A stretch of 64,000 bases of DNA from Eledone cirrhosa (Eukaryota): positions 27,780 through 91,779 of the forward strand of contig CAXHJY010000286.1 of the NCBI GenBank assembly GCA_964016885.1. The letters are read 5' to 3'. The position numbers and the translations under genes were made by a program. Below are positions 1 through 15,100 of this stretch, in pieces. Numbering within the stretch: the first letter of the stretch is position 1; every line of letters starts with the position of its first letter. The notes beneath the pieces are model-generated. The model had not been told where the DNA came from. It saw nothing but the letters and a program-made list of their open reading frames with translations, and searched no databases.

Positions 1-217
1 TCCCATCGGACCAGATTAGGTTTGCTGTTCCTCTCTCAGGAGTCGTTACCATATGCACCAGTAATACATTAAGAAACTATTATAATGCCTTCCCTTTCTT
101 TCTTTCTTTGTCTTTGTTTGTTTGTTTGTTTCTTTCTTTCTTGTTCTCGAGTGTACATAGCTTGATGTAAACACACACACACACACATTACACACCCTAC
201 CCCCCACATACACACAT

Positions 218-259
218 ATGTACATGTATATATATATATATTGTTATGCTTTAGGCGGG

Positions 260-317
<58 letters not shown>

Positions 318-416
318 CTCTTTCTCTCTCTTTCTATATATATATATGTATGTATATGTGTATATGTATGTATATACTCGCATACCTATGCACACATAAA
401 TTGGTTGTGTATGAGA

Positions 417-447
<31 letters not shown>

Positions 448-541
448 TATGTATGTATATATATATATATATATATGTGTGTATATATATATGTATATAT
501 ATATATGTGTGTATATATATATGTATATATACATATGTGTG

Positions 542-572
<31 letters not shown>

Positions 573-579
573 GCGTGTG

Positions 580-630
<51 letters not shown>

Positions 631-685
631 GTATGTATATATATATATGTATGTATGTATGTATGTATATATATATATATATATA

Positions 686-724
<39 letters not shown>

Positions 725-749
725 ATATATATATATATATATGTGTGTG

Positions 750-782
<33 letters not shown>

Positions 783-911
783 ATATATATATATATGTGT
801 GTGTGTGTATATATATATATATGTGTGTGTGTGTATATATATATATATGTGTGTGTGTGTATATATATATATATGTGTGTGTGTGTGTATATATATATAT
901 ATGTGTGTGTG

Positions 912-972
<61 letters not shown>

Positions 973-987
973 ATATATATATATATA

Positions 988-1018
<31 letters not shown>

Positions 1019-1065
1019 GTGTGTGTGTATATATATATATATGTGTGTGTGTATATATATATATA

Positions 1066-1110
<45 letters not shown>

Positions 1111-1145
1111 ATATATATATATATATGTGTGTGTGTATATATATA

Positions 1146-1186
<41 letters not shown>

Positions 1187-1223
1187 ATATATATATATAT
1201 ATGTGTGTATATATATATATATA

Positions 1224-1264
<41 letters not shown>

Positions 1265-1303
1265 ATATATATATATATGTGTGCGTGTGTATATATATAT
1301 ATA

Positions 1304-1336
<33 letters not shown>

Positions 1337-1360
1337 GTGTGTATATATATATATATATAT
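218..1360. repeat. Compound (TA)n/(TG)n microsatellite
   Basis: Alternating ATATAT/GTGTGT runs; the overlapping YIYI/CVCV ORFs are repeat translations. Confidence 0.97.
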
Positions 1361-1402
1361 GTTTATGACATATGTTTATTATGTCAGGTCACCAGTTGGT
1401 GC

Positions 1403-1991
1403 TACTGGTAACATGTATCCCAGTACAACCTGTCTCATGGTCGGGTCGTTGGCGACTAAACTGGCAACCCACCAAGGTTTCTTGGTGAGGAGGGTGACTT
1501 TGGACATCCTGCAGGACTAAAAACAAAACCTGTCAAAGGGCAAAGGAGCTCTTAAGAGTCAATGGCCATCCAAAATCACCGGGAGAGATGACCCCTTAGC
1601 CTTTGTCAAGGCAGAATTCTAGGAGAAGGAAAACTCTGATATAACACCTGCAACCCTGATGGTATCCAATGATGTTGACTTGTTCTTCTTTTTGGTAAAT
1701 ATCATCTTGGTTAAGAGAGTGGGACTGGCTTTGTGCAGTGCCTTTGCTCACTATAAAAGCTTCACGGCACAGGCATTGCTTTATATCTGGAGATCTCTCT
1801 GCACTTGTCCTCACATGGTACCATGGGCCCAGCACTATGTGTCAATAATTGTCACAAGTGTAGTGTTTGTACCAGAGTTTTCAAGTCGCTGGCTGGACTA
1901 AAAAGTCACACTCGTTCAGCGCTTCGGTAGGGGTTCTCCTACATGGATATAAAGTAGTGGCCGTACTCGAAAACGAGTTGGCAGCCACCAT
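1403..1991. repeat. Dispersed ~590-bp interspersed repeat, copy 1 (unclassified)
   Basis: Near-identical to 41312-41902 (TACTGGTAACATGTATCCCAG...GAGTTGGCAGCCACCAT). Both copies end in a TA/TG microsatellite. Confidence 0.9.
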
Positions 1992-4075
<2,084 letters not shown>

Positions 4076-4415
4076 ATTATGTATACACTTCTTATAACCG
4101 TGTGGACATACTACAGAATCTTTTACAGTGTGATATATGCAACCATTAAAAAATATGGTACATTAAAAGTACGTCTGCTGTTAGAGGCGGGGTGTGTGTG
4201 TGTGTATTTTTGAGAGGGACGGAGGGACAGTGTGTGTGTATGTGTGTGTGTGTGTGTGTGTATGTATGTGAAAGTGTGTGTTTTTGAGAGGGGCGGAGGG
4301 ACAGTGTGTGTGTGTGTGTGAAAGTGTGTGTTTTTGAGAGGGGCGGACGGAGTGTGTGTGTGTGTGTGTGTTGAGAGGAGCGGGGGGACAGCGTGTGCAT
4401 GCGTGAGCGTGTGTT

Positions 4416-4461
<46 letters not shown>

Positions 4462-4707
4462 GACATATGTACGTTTCGAGTTCCCAAGTCCATATCAATG
4501 AAATAGAATTTCCGCCTAATTACATATGGTAATTTATTGGCAATATTTATCATTTTAACATATTTAGAATCGCGTATGTATGTGTATGTGTATGTGTGTG
4601 CGTATATATATATGCATTCACATATGCATGTGTGTTTATGTATATGTAATGCAAATGACTAAGATTTTATAAATGCAGACCGTATTATGAATGCATAATT
4701 TTAAGTA

Positions 4708-4751
<44 letters not shown>

Positions 4752-4755
<4 letters not shown>

Positions 4756-4781
4756 GTGTATGAGTAGAGAGGGATATATGC

Positions 4782-4833
<52 letters not shown>

Positions 4834-4852
4834 ATGAGAAGAGAGGGATATA

Positions 4853-4897
<45 letters not shown>

Positions 4898-5154
4898 CGA
4901 AGGAAATGTGGTAAGGAACCAGGTGGACCATAACGCACCAAAGTACTCAATACTTGAGGTAGTAGAGTGGATAATAGGAACCAGTAAGACCCCGACAGCT
5001 GAGCTCAAGCCGTTTCGACGGCTAATTCTGGACTCAATTAGTCCAGAATTAGCCGTCGAAACGGCTTGAGCTCAGCTGTCGGGGTCTTACTGGTTCCTCT
5101 ATATATATATATATGTATATATATATATAATGTGTATGAGAAGAGAGGGATATA

Positions 5155-5186
<32 letters not shown>

Positions 5187-5209
5187 GTGTATGAGAAGAG
5201 AGGGATATA

Positions 5210-5244
<35 letters not shown>

Positions 5245-5272
5245 CTAATGTGTATGAGAAGAGAGGGATATA

Positions 5273-5306
<34 letters not shown>

Positions 5307-5329
5307 GTGTATGAGAAGAGAGGGATATA

Positions 5330-5361
<32 letters not shown>

Positions 5362-5386
5362 ATGTGTATGAGTAGAGAGGGATATA

Positions 5387-5420
<34 letters not shown>

Positions 5421-5459
5421 AATATATATATATAATGTGTATGAGAAGAGAGGGATATA

Positions 5460-5499
<40 letters not shown>

Positions 5500-5524
5500 A
5501 TGTGTATGAGAAGAGAGGGATATA

Positions 5525-5558
<34 letters not shown>

Positions 5559-5583
5559 ATGTGTATGAGAAGAGAGGGATATA

Positions 5584-5621
<38 letters not shown>

Positions 5622-5642
5622 ATGTGTATGAGAAGAGAGGGA

Positions 5643-5678
<36 letters not shown>

Positions 5679-5703
5679 ATGTGTATGAGAAGAGAGGGAT
5701 ATA

Positions 5704-5773
<70 letters not shown>

Positions 5774-5796
5774 GTGTATGAGAAGAGAGGGATATA

Positions 5797-5834
<38 letters not shown>

Positions 5835-5855
5835 ATGTGTATGAGTAGAGAGGGA

Positions 5856-5911
<56 letters not shown>

Positions 5912-5965
5912 TATATATATAATGTGTATGAGAAGAGAGGGATATATGCGTGTGTGTATATATAT
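4752..5965. repeat. Composite minisatellite: AATGTGTATGAGAAGAGAGGGATATAT core + (GT)n(AT)n spacer
   Basis: The core recurs about 15 times with variable dinucleotide spacers and is interrupted by a unique insert at ~4897-5098. Confidence 0.9.
4976..5098. repeat. Perfect 59-bp-arm palindrome with 5-nt loop
   Basis: AGGAACCAGTAAGACCCCG...CTGGACT-CAATT-AGTCCAG...CGGGGTCTTACTGGTTCCT. Confidence 0.95.
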
Positions 5966-6156
5966 AAGTAAAGGAGTAGAGAGGAAGAACTCATACACAC
6001 ATATATACATGTATACATGCATACATACAAACATAATTACATGCATACGCATATACTACATACACACAATGCATTACAAACCAGAATTGGAGAATGTTAA
6101 ATTAATCACAAGCTCCACTGTGAAACACTGTAATTTTTTATATGTGATGAAAATAC

Positions 6157-6343
6157 TTGTTTCTACTTTAGGCACAAGGCCAGCAATTACCCAGTGCATT
6201 ACTGGTACTTTATTTTATCGACCCCGTAAGGATGAAAGGCAAAGTCAACCTCGGCGGGATTTGAACTCAGATCGTAAAGGGACGTAACTATGCTTGAAAG
6301 CATGGCGTCCGACCCTCTACCGATACTGCCAATCCAATCCACC
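6157..6343 (-). mobile_element. tRNA-derived SINE family A
   Basis: Reverse complement of the consensus GGTGGATTGGCAGTATCGGTAGAG (A-box-like)...GAGTTCAAATCCC (B box)...CATCCTTACGGGGTCGATAAAATAAAGTACCAG...TGTGCCTAAAGTAGAAAC. Confidence 0.85.
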
Positions 6344-6679
6344 CATATGTGATGAAAATACTGTCGTGAAAACAATTTGTTTGCTTATTAATCTTTGTTT
6401 GAATTGAAATAGCCATTGACTTGTTTGGGTTTCGATCTTAGTTCGTATCGCCCTGGTAAACTGCGTATACAGCTTTCTCTGGCCACAGTACAATTCATAA
6501 CCACTGAACCAGGTGGTTACCATTAATCGGGAAATCTGATTTGCATAAATAGTGTAATAAAGCCTCTCCATTTGCATTTCGATCGGGATCGCCGTTTCTA
6601 CCAATCCCCCCTTTCCATGTCAGTGTTAACCTGTGACTTGAAGTTTTCCCATTAAGATATATGACCCAGCCATATCGAC

Positions 6680-6835
6680 AGCTAACGGTACAGTGACCTC
6701 ATCAAATCGGACTCTCTGTTTGGCGCATAAACTTGCACCAACCATAGAGATCTTTCTTTCAGCCCAAGATTCAAGAGACAAATCCCCACTCTTAGTGGGA
6801 TACAGACCATAACATATCCGACAGCCGGGGACTTG
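6680..6835 (-). pseudogene. Non-LTR retrotransposon APE endonuclease fragment (RTE-like)
   Basis: Translation LNLGLKERSLWLVQVYAP matches the (I/V)QVYAP endonuclease motif. Confidence 0.5.
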
Positions 6836-7244
6836 TGAATAGCTACTTCCTCACCTGTGCAGTCATTTCTGGAATCACACATGGAGAGTAGTTTCCAGCC
6901 TCCATCCAAATATTCGGTACCAGATCCACGGGTGGGACTTTGCTGAGGAAAACTCGACGATATCTAGCCAATAAGGTCTGGATTCCTTCATTAGTTTCTG
7001 CTACTTGTTGTAAGGGTTGTAATGTTCCAGTTGTCAATGGTTAAGGTTTGCTGTCTTCTGGACCCTCTTTGGTGTCTCGGGAAACGAAACCGTTGTGTGT
7101 CCATCTCAAAAGGTATTCTCTGGCTGACTCGTGTGAGCTGGAAAGCCTGGATCTCTTGAAAAAGCTCCAAAACAATGGCAATCAGGAGTGATAATTCTAA
7201 TTTTCAAAGCGGAAAACAAGAGAGATTGCTCTAATTATAGAGGA

Positions 7245-7545
7245 AAACTGGCGGATCTAGGATCTGTCGGCTGGAATTGCAGACGACATGGTATAACTTA
7301 ACTCGTCGAAAGGTGATCTCCAACATGCACTTGATAGGTTTGCTGCTAATTGCTGCTGCATGGCTGAAATGAAAATCAATGCTGTGAAGACTGAGACACT
7401 TGTCCTCTCAAGGAAACATGTTCAGTGCAGTCAGTATTGAATCGGGTGGAGAATTTCAAGTATCTCAAGGTCTTTTCATGAGTGAGAGAAGACAGTAGGC
7501 AGAAGGAATTAATAGCAAGAATTGCAGGAGCTGGTGTAGTATGGA
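7245..7545 (+). pseudogene. Decayed reverse transcriptase fragment (RTE-like LINE)
   Basis: Across frameshifts it reads ...ADDMV...GDLQHALDRFAA...MKINAVKTETLV...VENFKYL, matching the RT catalytic and thumb regions. Confidence 0.6.
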
Positions 7546-7663
7546 AATAATTACTAGACGAAGAAGAAGAAATATTACAAGTTTAAATCGTAATGTCATC
7601 GCTCTCCAGTTGTCGAACCACCAAGTGATATACGCAGACGTCAATAAAACCCATATAAACAGC

Positions 7664-8150
7664 ATGGCCTAATGATTAGGGTGGTGTACTTACGATCATG
7701 AAGGCGAATGGCTTAGTGGTTAGAGCGTTGGGCTTACAATCATGAGGTTGCGAGTACGATCCTCAGAACGCCGGGATTTGCGTTGTGTTCTTGAACAAGA
7801 TACTTTATTTCACATTGCTCAAGTTCACTCAGCTGTAGAAATGAGTTGTCATGTCACTGGTGCCAAGCTGTATCGGCCATCGCCTTTCTTTCCCTTGGAC
7901 AACATCAGTGGCATGGAGTGGAGTGGAGTGGAGAGGCGTGAATGGTTGATTGCTGGTCTTCCACGAACAACCTTGCCTTGCCCGGACTTGTGCTTTGGGG
8001 GTGGGGGAACGTTCTAGGTGCAAATCTCATGGTCATTCGTGACCGAATGGGGGTCTTTAGCCTTTACTTACGAAAGCAAGGTCTTAGGTTCGATTCCAGG
8101 ATCAAGTGACGCGTTAACTTTATAACTTTGAGCAAAATACTTTCCCGTTG
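7664..8150 (+). mobile_element. tRNA-derived SINE family B (nested in a diverged copy)
   Basis: TGGCTTAGTGGTTAGAGCG A box, B-box-like GAGTACGATCC, then TGTGTTCTTGAACAAGATACTTTATTTCAC...CACTCAGCTGTAGAAATGAG. Homologous to 16400-16655. Confidence 0.7.
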
Positions 8151-8403
8151 CTCCTTCTGCCAGGAGTTACGACAGGCAGACACATCAATGGAAACATTAT
8201 TTCCTTGGTCCGATCTGACAACAATCAGCCCGTTTCCTTAGATATATATATATATGCCGACTGCTATATCTGATTTGCTAAGCTGTCTGAACGTAATGTT
8301 ATTACTCTGGGGTCTTACCCCATCCGAGTGCTAAAGCTACAGACCGATTATGCATATACGCTAGCTTGGCCGTATACTAAAGCTTCGTCAATGCTGTACT
8401 AAA

Positions 8404-8448
<45 letters not shown>

Positions 8449-9039
8449 TCTTCTCCATATATATCTATATAAACTTCTCCATATATATCTATATAAACTT
8501 CTTCTCCATATATCTATATATATATATATATATAATATGTGCATGTCCCAACGCAATTAACTATATGTAATAGTTAGGAAAATCGTGAAAACTGAAAAAT
8601 GTGGACAGAGGCACCTACGAGGAATCGAACTCCGCATCTCTTGGATGTTGGGCGATTGCGCTCATGCTTTTTAAATCAACCACTTTGTTTACTCTTCGAA
8701 CGGGTTTAAAATCTTCTAAAATGTCGGAATTGGTGGCCAGTGGCTTTTTAGCGGAGTGATTAACGATGTAGTTCGGCACTCGAGATATACGGAGTTCGAT
8801 TCTTTCTCCTCTATATTCAATCTCCAGGGCTACTTTAGGCTGTTCCGTTGAACAAAAAGTTGGTAGACTCATCGTCGAAACCGACGAAAGTCCATTCCGT
8901 TTCTGACCACACAGAAAATAATCTCTACTGTTAGGTACATTTAGCTTGAAACGAGAACATCTTTGCCCCGACAAATTAAAATAATCGTCTGGATCTCAGC
9001 TAACATGTCTATTGTGATAAAGTTTAGACAAATATAACG

Positions 9040-9832
9040 CCACCAACACTACCACCACTGCCACCACTACCAACACTATCACCGCTGCCATCACTACCAC
9101 CACTACCAACACTACCACCACTGCCACCACTACCACTACCACCACCACTACCACCACTACCACCACTACCAACACTACCAACACTACCAACACTGCCACC
9201 ACTACCACCACTACTACCACCACTACCAACACTACGAACACTACCACCACTGCCACCACTACCACCACTACTACCACCACTACCACCACTACGAACACTA
9301 CCACCACTGCCACCACTACCACCACTACTACCACCACTACCACCACTACCACCACTACGAACACTACCACCACTGCCACCACTACCACAACTACTACCAC
9401 CACTACCACCACTACCAACACTACCACCACTACCAACACTACCACCACTGCCACCACTACCACCACTACTACCACCACTACCACCACTACCACCACTACG
9501 AACACTACCACCACTGCCACCACTACCACAACTACTACCACCACTACCACCACTACCAACACTACCACCACTACCAACACTACCACCACTGCCACCACTA
9601 CCAACACTACGAACACCACCAACACTACCACCACTACTACCACCACTGCCACCACTACCACCACTACTACCACCACTACCACCACTACGAACACTACGAA
9701 CACCACCAACACTACCACCACTACCATTACCACCAACACTACCACCACCACCACCAACACTACCAACAACACCACCAACACTACCACCAACAACACCACC
9801 AACAACACCACCAACACTACCACCACCACCAA
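9040..9832. repeat. (ACC/ACT)n trinucleotide-derived satellite
   Basis: Degenerate CACCACTAC repeats giving poly-V/GS ORF artefacts. Confidence 0.95.
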
Positions 9833-10061
9833 CAGAAACAACGGCAAAAACAGAAGCAGTGGGGGTGGCGGGGGTGTTAAAGACTGTAGTGGTGATGGTG
9901 GTGGCGTTGGTTGTTGTGGAGGTGGTAGTGGTGGAGGTGATGGTGGCGTTGGTAGTGGTGGAGGTGATGGCAGTGTTGATGGTAGTGAGGATTGTGGCGA
10001 TGGTTGCACCGAAAGATGCACCAACAGAAACATCTCTCTCTCTCTCTCTTTCTCTCTTTCT

Positions 10062-10105
<44 letters not shown>

Positions 10106-10106
10106 T

Positions 10107-10139
<33 letters not shown>

Positions 10140-10779
10140 GAGATAGATAGAGGCAATATAGAATATAGACAAACAATAAAATTTGATAAACAAACTACTA
10201 CTACTACTATTAACTAATGTGTGGTGGCGATGATGTTGGTGGGGGGGGGGGAGTACAAAACAGTAACCGGTGCCTTTTAAGTAAAGATGTATGTTTAATA
10301 TATTCACTATCAAAATAGTCATGTTGCCAGCTGCACTGTGCACTTGTTGATACAGAAGGCAGATATTAGGAGAAACAGGAACGGGAGTGAAAAAGAAAAG
10401 AAAAACTTAACTAAGGCAAATTAGATCAGTTGTGTACTCATATGACTTGATTGAATTGAAGCTTCGTTTTACATGTAGATTATGTGGAACACATGTCTTG
10501 GAGATAATTTTGATTGTTATTAGATAACACGGAACTGATGACTTAAGAATCTCTGGTACATTTCAAAATTTGAGGCAAAAATGTACGGTTAGTGAAACAG
10601 ACATTCACACGCATCTCACACACACAAATATATATATATATATATATATGGAAAGTTATATTTAAATTGTTGGGTTACAACTAGTAAATATTAATAACTG
10701 ATATAAAAGCACTCGACAAGTATTTGGAGTATATTTACGATATTAAATAAATGGAAACTATATTTATAAAACCATATTT

Positions 10780-10843
10780 ATTTCGTTATATATATTTCAG
10801 GGATATCATATTAACAATATGCTATGCCTTCCTCAGACAAAAT
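10780..10843 (-). ncRNA. Minimal type I hammerhead ribozyme motif (family H1)
   Basis: Reverse complement of the 11224-11287 motif. Confidence 0.7.
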
Positions 10844-11223
10844 ACAATATAAACAGTTTTATAGATAAATAGATTTGACATACCGTACAACATCGACTTG
10901 TATTTGAAAAGTTGAATTGGCAGTGAAAAAATTGTAAATAGAAAGAAAGAAAGAGAGAAAAAAGAAAAGAAAGACAGAAAACGAAGAAAAAGAAGAAAAA
11001 GAAGAAAAAGAAGAAATGCATGGAACAAAATAGAGAGATGGAAAGATAGATAAAGAGAAGAACTTCATGTAAAGAAACAGAGAGAGATATATATAGAGAG
11101 AGGAAATAGATAGAGATAGATATATATATAGAAAAATATGTAGTTGGACATCCAACTTTTCAAATACAAGTCGATGTTGTACGGTATGTCAAATCTATTT
11201 ATCTATAAAACTGTTTATATTGT

Positions 11224-11287
11224 ATTTTGTCTGAGGAAGGCATAGCATATTGTTAATATGATATCCCTGAAATATATATAACGAAAT
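11224..11287 (+). ncRNA. Minimal type I hammerhead ribozyme motif (family H1)
   Basis: Stem I ATTTTGT/ACGAAAT (7 bp, 1 GU); core CTGAGGA; long stem II (AGG/CCT, ATA/TAT, CATATT/AATATG, loop GTT); GAAA; palindromic stem III ATATATAT; AUA triplet with predicted cut after 11280. Confidence 0.7.
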
Positions 11288-11331
11288 AAATATGGTTTTA
11301 TAAATATAGTTTCCATTTATTTAATATCACA

Positions 11332-11416
<85 letters not shown>

Positions 11417-11434
11417 TTATCTATAAAAGGAAGA

Positions 11435-11770
11435 GGGCGGTGGATTGGCAGTATCGGTAGAGGGTCGGACGCCATGCTTTGCAGCAAAGAGTTACGGCCC
11501 TTTGTGGTCTGAGTTCAAATCCCGTCGAGGTTGACTTTGCCTTTCATCCTTACGGGGTCTATAAAATAAAGTACCAGTAATGTACTGGGATAATTGCTGG
11601 CCTTGTGCCTAAAGTAGAAACAATTATCTATAAAAGGCAGGGCGGTGGATTGGCAGTATCGGTAGAGGGTCGGACGCCATGCTTTCCAGCATAGTTACGT
11701 CCCTTTACGATCTGAGTTCAAATCCCGCCGAGGTTGACTTTGCCTTTCATCCTTACGGGGTCGATAAAAC
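11435..11770 (+). mobile_element. SINE family A: one full copy and one 3'-truncated tandem copy
   Basis: Two successive GGCGGTGGATTGGCAGTATCGGTAGAGGGTCGGACGCC heads. Confidence 0.88.
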
Positions 11771-12169
11771 TAAATACATGACGCTTTACCCCTCTAATAC
11801 AATCTGATATCCTCTCTCTACTCCCCTTAAAAATCGAAAAATAAATACATGCTGCAACCTTCTCTTATATATACGCTTAAAATCTTTTTTTAAAACATCT
11901 ATCATCCAACTCACGCACAATTACATTTTGTGTATATTTACACGTTTATTTACACGTTTATTGAATGGAAAAAAAAAATCACATGGGAATTTTTGGCCAA
12001 ACAACTTCAAATTGCTGACAGAAGCGCGCTTTCAACAAATTGTGGGTTATTTATTTGCCGTTCGTTCTCCCATTTTTTTCCCCTGCGGAACGCCGACAGT
12101 TTTCAGCCTTATACTTTTAAAGGCAATTTTGCTGTAGAAGTAACTTTCACCCTTTCTTTTTCACATAAA

Positions 12170-15100
12170 ATGCCACCTACAAAGATAAGTCGCCTCGGTC
12201 GCCATACCGCGTCAGCGGCGGCGCAGAGGGCGATTACAGCAAACGAGTCGCCCGAAGGAAACTGCTTTAAGACTTTCACAGAGCGCCTTACGTTCAGCGG
12301 AATGCAGAGCTGCTGAAAGTTTTCAACAACGCACCGCACGCCTAGCCAAGATGGCTTCATACAACGCCTCGAGACGTGCTGCGATATGCGATTCAGTGCG
12401 GGCGATACGTCATTCCAAAAATAAAAACGCTTCTGCTGCTTCTTCCAGGGCTTCAGAGGGCCCAGAACAAAGGGCTGGACTGACTAGAAACGCTGCTGCT
12501 TCCAGGGCTTCGGAAGGTTTGGAACGGCGGACGAATCGCCTTGCTAGGAACGCTGCGGCTATGCCTGCTTCCAGGGCTTCTGAAGATGCAGACGGGCGCT
12601 CCATTAGGATTGCAAGGATGGCTTCTGCTACTGCTGCGAGAGCTTCCCACGACCCACAGGAGCAACATTCTACGTTGGAGCGGAACAGTCGACGACAAGA
12701 AGCTGCCCGCGGTGTGACGAGCCCCAACAGCCCATACTGGCACCTACGGGCTTTCAAGTATGAGCCCAACGTTAACTACTCGATGCGTGCCGACATAAAT
12801 ATAGGGGAAATGCGCTTCAATTGCAAATTCTGCAATACTAAAAATGGGCTGGGGAGCCACCTGCAATGTGCTGCTTAAACGGTAAGGTCAGCTTGCCCCC
12901 TCTTGGGGAACCGCCAGAGCCTTTGAAGGAACTACTTACTGGTTCTACCTCAAGGTCATCCAAATTCCTTCAACTCATCAGGAAGTACAATTGTGCGTTT
13001 CAAATGACTTCTTTCGGGGCTAACGTTGTCAGAGAAAGTGGTTGGATGCCTACTTTCAAGGTCCAGGGGCAGGTGTACCATCTTATTGGGTCGCTCCAGC
13101 CACTACAAAATTGCAAGCCTTCGTTCCTTCAAATTTACTTCATTTCTAACTACAGTAGGCAAGTTGATGCGCGGTTCGACGTTATTCCAACACCTGCAAA
13201 CACTGACGCTGACACCTTTGACAGGGACGTGCTGCTCGGTCTTCAAAACATGCTTCATGAACACAACAGTTATATTCGCAGTTTCAAATACGCATTGGAA
13301 ACAAACCCTTCACCAAACTTCACCATTGTCATCGATGCTGACAAGACCTTCTGGGGAGCACGCACGCCGTAATAACGCTCCTTCGTGCAATGAAGTGGCC
13401 GTAGTTATCCATGGTGAACAGCACAATAAGCGAGACATAGTTCTTCAAAGCCGTGACAGTGGTCTTCGACGTATTAATGAGACGCATCGTTCAGACGACG
13501 CCCTGCAGTATCCCCTTCTTTTTGCATACGGAGAAGACGGGTACCATTTCGGCATTCCTCAGCGCAAACCAAACAAGCCCACTGCTGCGATATCTAAAGC
13601 TGTTTCATGCATGGCTTTATACTCATACCGCTTCATGACGAGGCCTAACGATTTCAGCACCCTGCACAGGTCACGGGAACTGTTTCACCAGTTTGCAGTT
13701 GACATGGCTGCAAAGATGGAGTCGGAGAGACTGTGCTTCATAAAATTAAATCAGAAGCAGCTGCGCTCCTCAGACTCCTACATCCATTTGTGTGACGGCA
13801 TCAGGAATGACACTGACCCCCGGAACATCGGCAAAATGTGCATTCTCCCCTCAACCGATACGGGGGGGGAGGGGGGGTACATGCACGAGCGAACACAGGA
13901 CGCTATGACGTTCGTTCGGCATTATGGGCGCCCCGATTTATTCATCACGTTTGCGTGTAACCCCAAGTGGGTTGAGGTTACGCGGGAACTTATCCCAGGG
14001 CAGAGGTACTGCCATCGGCATGATATTATTGCCAGGGTTTTCAGGCAGAAGCTGGCTAAGCTAATTGATCTAATAAAAAAGGGCAGGTTTTCGGGCCTGT
14101 TAGGTGCCACATGTATACTGTTGAGTGGCAGAAGAGAGGGTTGCCACACGCGCACATTTTGGTTTGGTTGGTCACCAAAATAGACCCTACAGTTCTAGAT
14201 GACGTCATCGCAACGGAAATACCGGACCTCGTTGTTGACCGGCAGCTGTACGACATTGTGAAGGTACACATGGTGCACGGTCCGTGCGGTCCCGGTTTTC
14301 AAGAGTTCTCCTCATGCCAAAGGGACCATGTGTGCACTAAAGGATACCCAAAGAGGTTTGTTGAGGAGACCCAGACCGGCGGCGACGGATACCCACTATA
14401 CAGACGAAGGCGGCCTGAGAACGGTGGATTCACTATGACGTTACGAGGTCATTAAGTTGATAATAGGTGGGTGGTCCCTTACCGTCCATTTCTGATAAAA
14501 ACTTTCAACGCTCATATAAATGTGGAGTTCTGTCATTCAGTGAAGTCGATAAAGTACATATGTAAATATGTTAACAAGGGTTCCGACGCTGCCATGTTCG
14601 GCCTTCAAAACGACAATAGCCGGGACGAGGTCTCGGAGTACTTGGCAGGTCGATATATCAGCAGTGGTGAAGCTTTTTGGCGGATATTCGGGTTTCCAAT
14701 TCACCAAAAGCACCCCGCCATCATACAACTAGCGGTTCATATGGAAAACGGCCAGCGGGCTTACTTTACTGAACTGACTGCTGCTCATTTGGCGGCCAAT
14801 CCAAAAGAAACAACTTTGACTGTTTTTTTTACGCTTTGCCAACTTGACACATTTGCAAAAACACTTTCATATCCTCAGGTCCCGTCCTACTACGTGTGGT
14901 CAAACAACACTTGGGTGCGTAGGAAGTCAGGTCAGGATGTTGAAGGACATCCTGGTGTCAAGTTTGACAGTTGTCTAGGAAGAGTGTACACTGTACCTCC
15001 CAACCAGCATGAGTCTTTTCACCTGCGCCTTCTCCTCCATGAGGTTTTTGGCCCACAAAGCTTTCGAGACATAAGAACTCTTGACGGTGGATTATGTGAT

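Larger units (their letters stand above)
10739..11328. repeat. Inverted repeat with 176-bp arms (10739-10914 / 11153-11328) and a 238-bp spacer
   Basis: The right arm is the reverse complement of the left arm. Each arm contains a hammerhead motif. Confidence 0.93.

Noticed and set aside
5100-5965. Constant repeat plus variable spacer resembling a CRISPR array
   Set aside because: The spacers are only (GT)n(AT)n length variants, not unique sequences.
8355-8400. Degenerate hammerhead-like string (minus strand TTGACGA...CAAGCTAG)
   Set aside because: Both core boxes are mutated and stem I cannot be formed convincingly.
8615-8974. 119-aa ORF, possibly a decayed LINE ORF1 fragment
   Set aside because: Only a vague resemblance (EYRGERIELRISRVP) and no diagnostic motif.
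11435-11530. tRNA gene candidates from A/B boxes
   Set aside because: These are SINE heads attached to a repeated body; no complete cloverleaf is evident.
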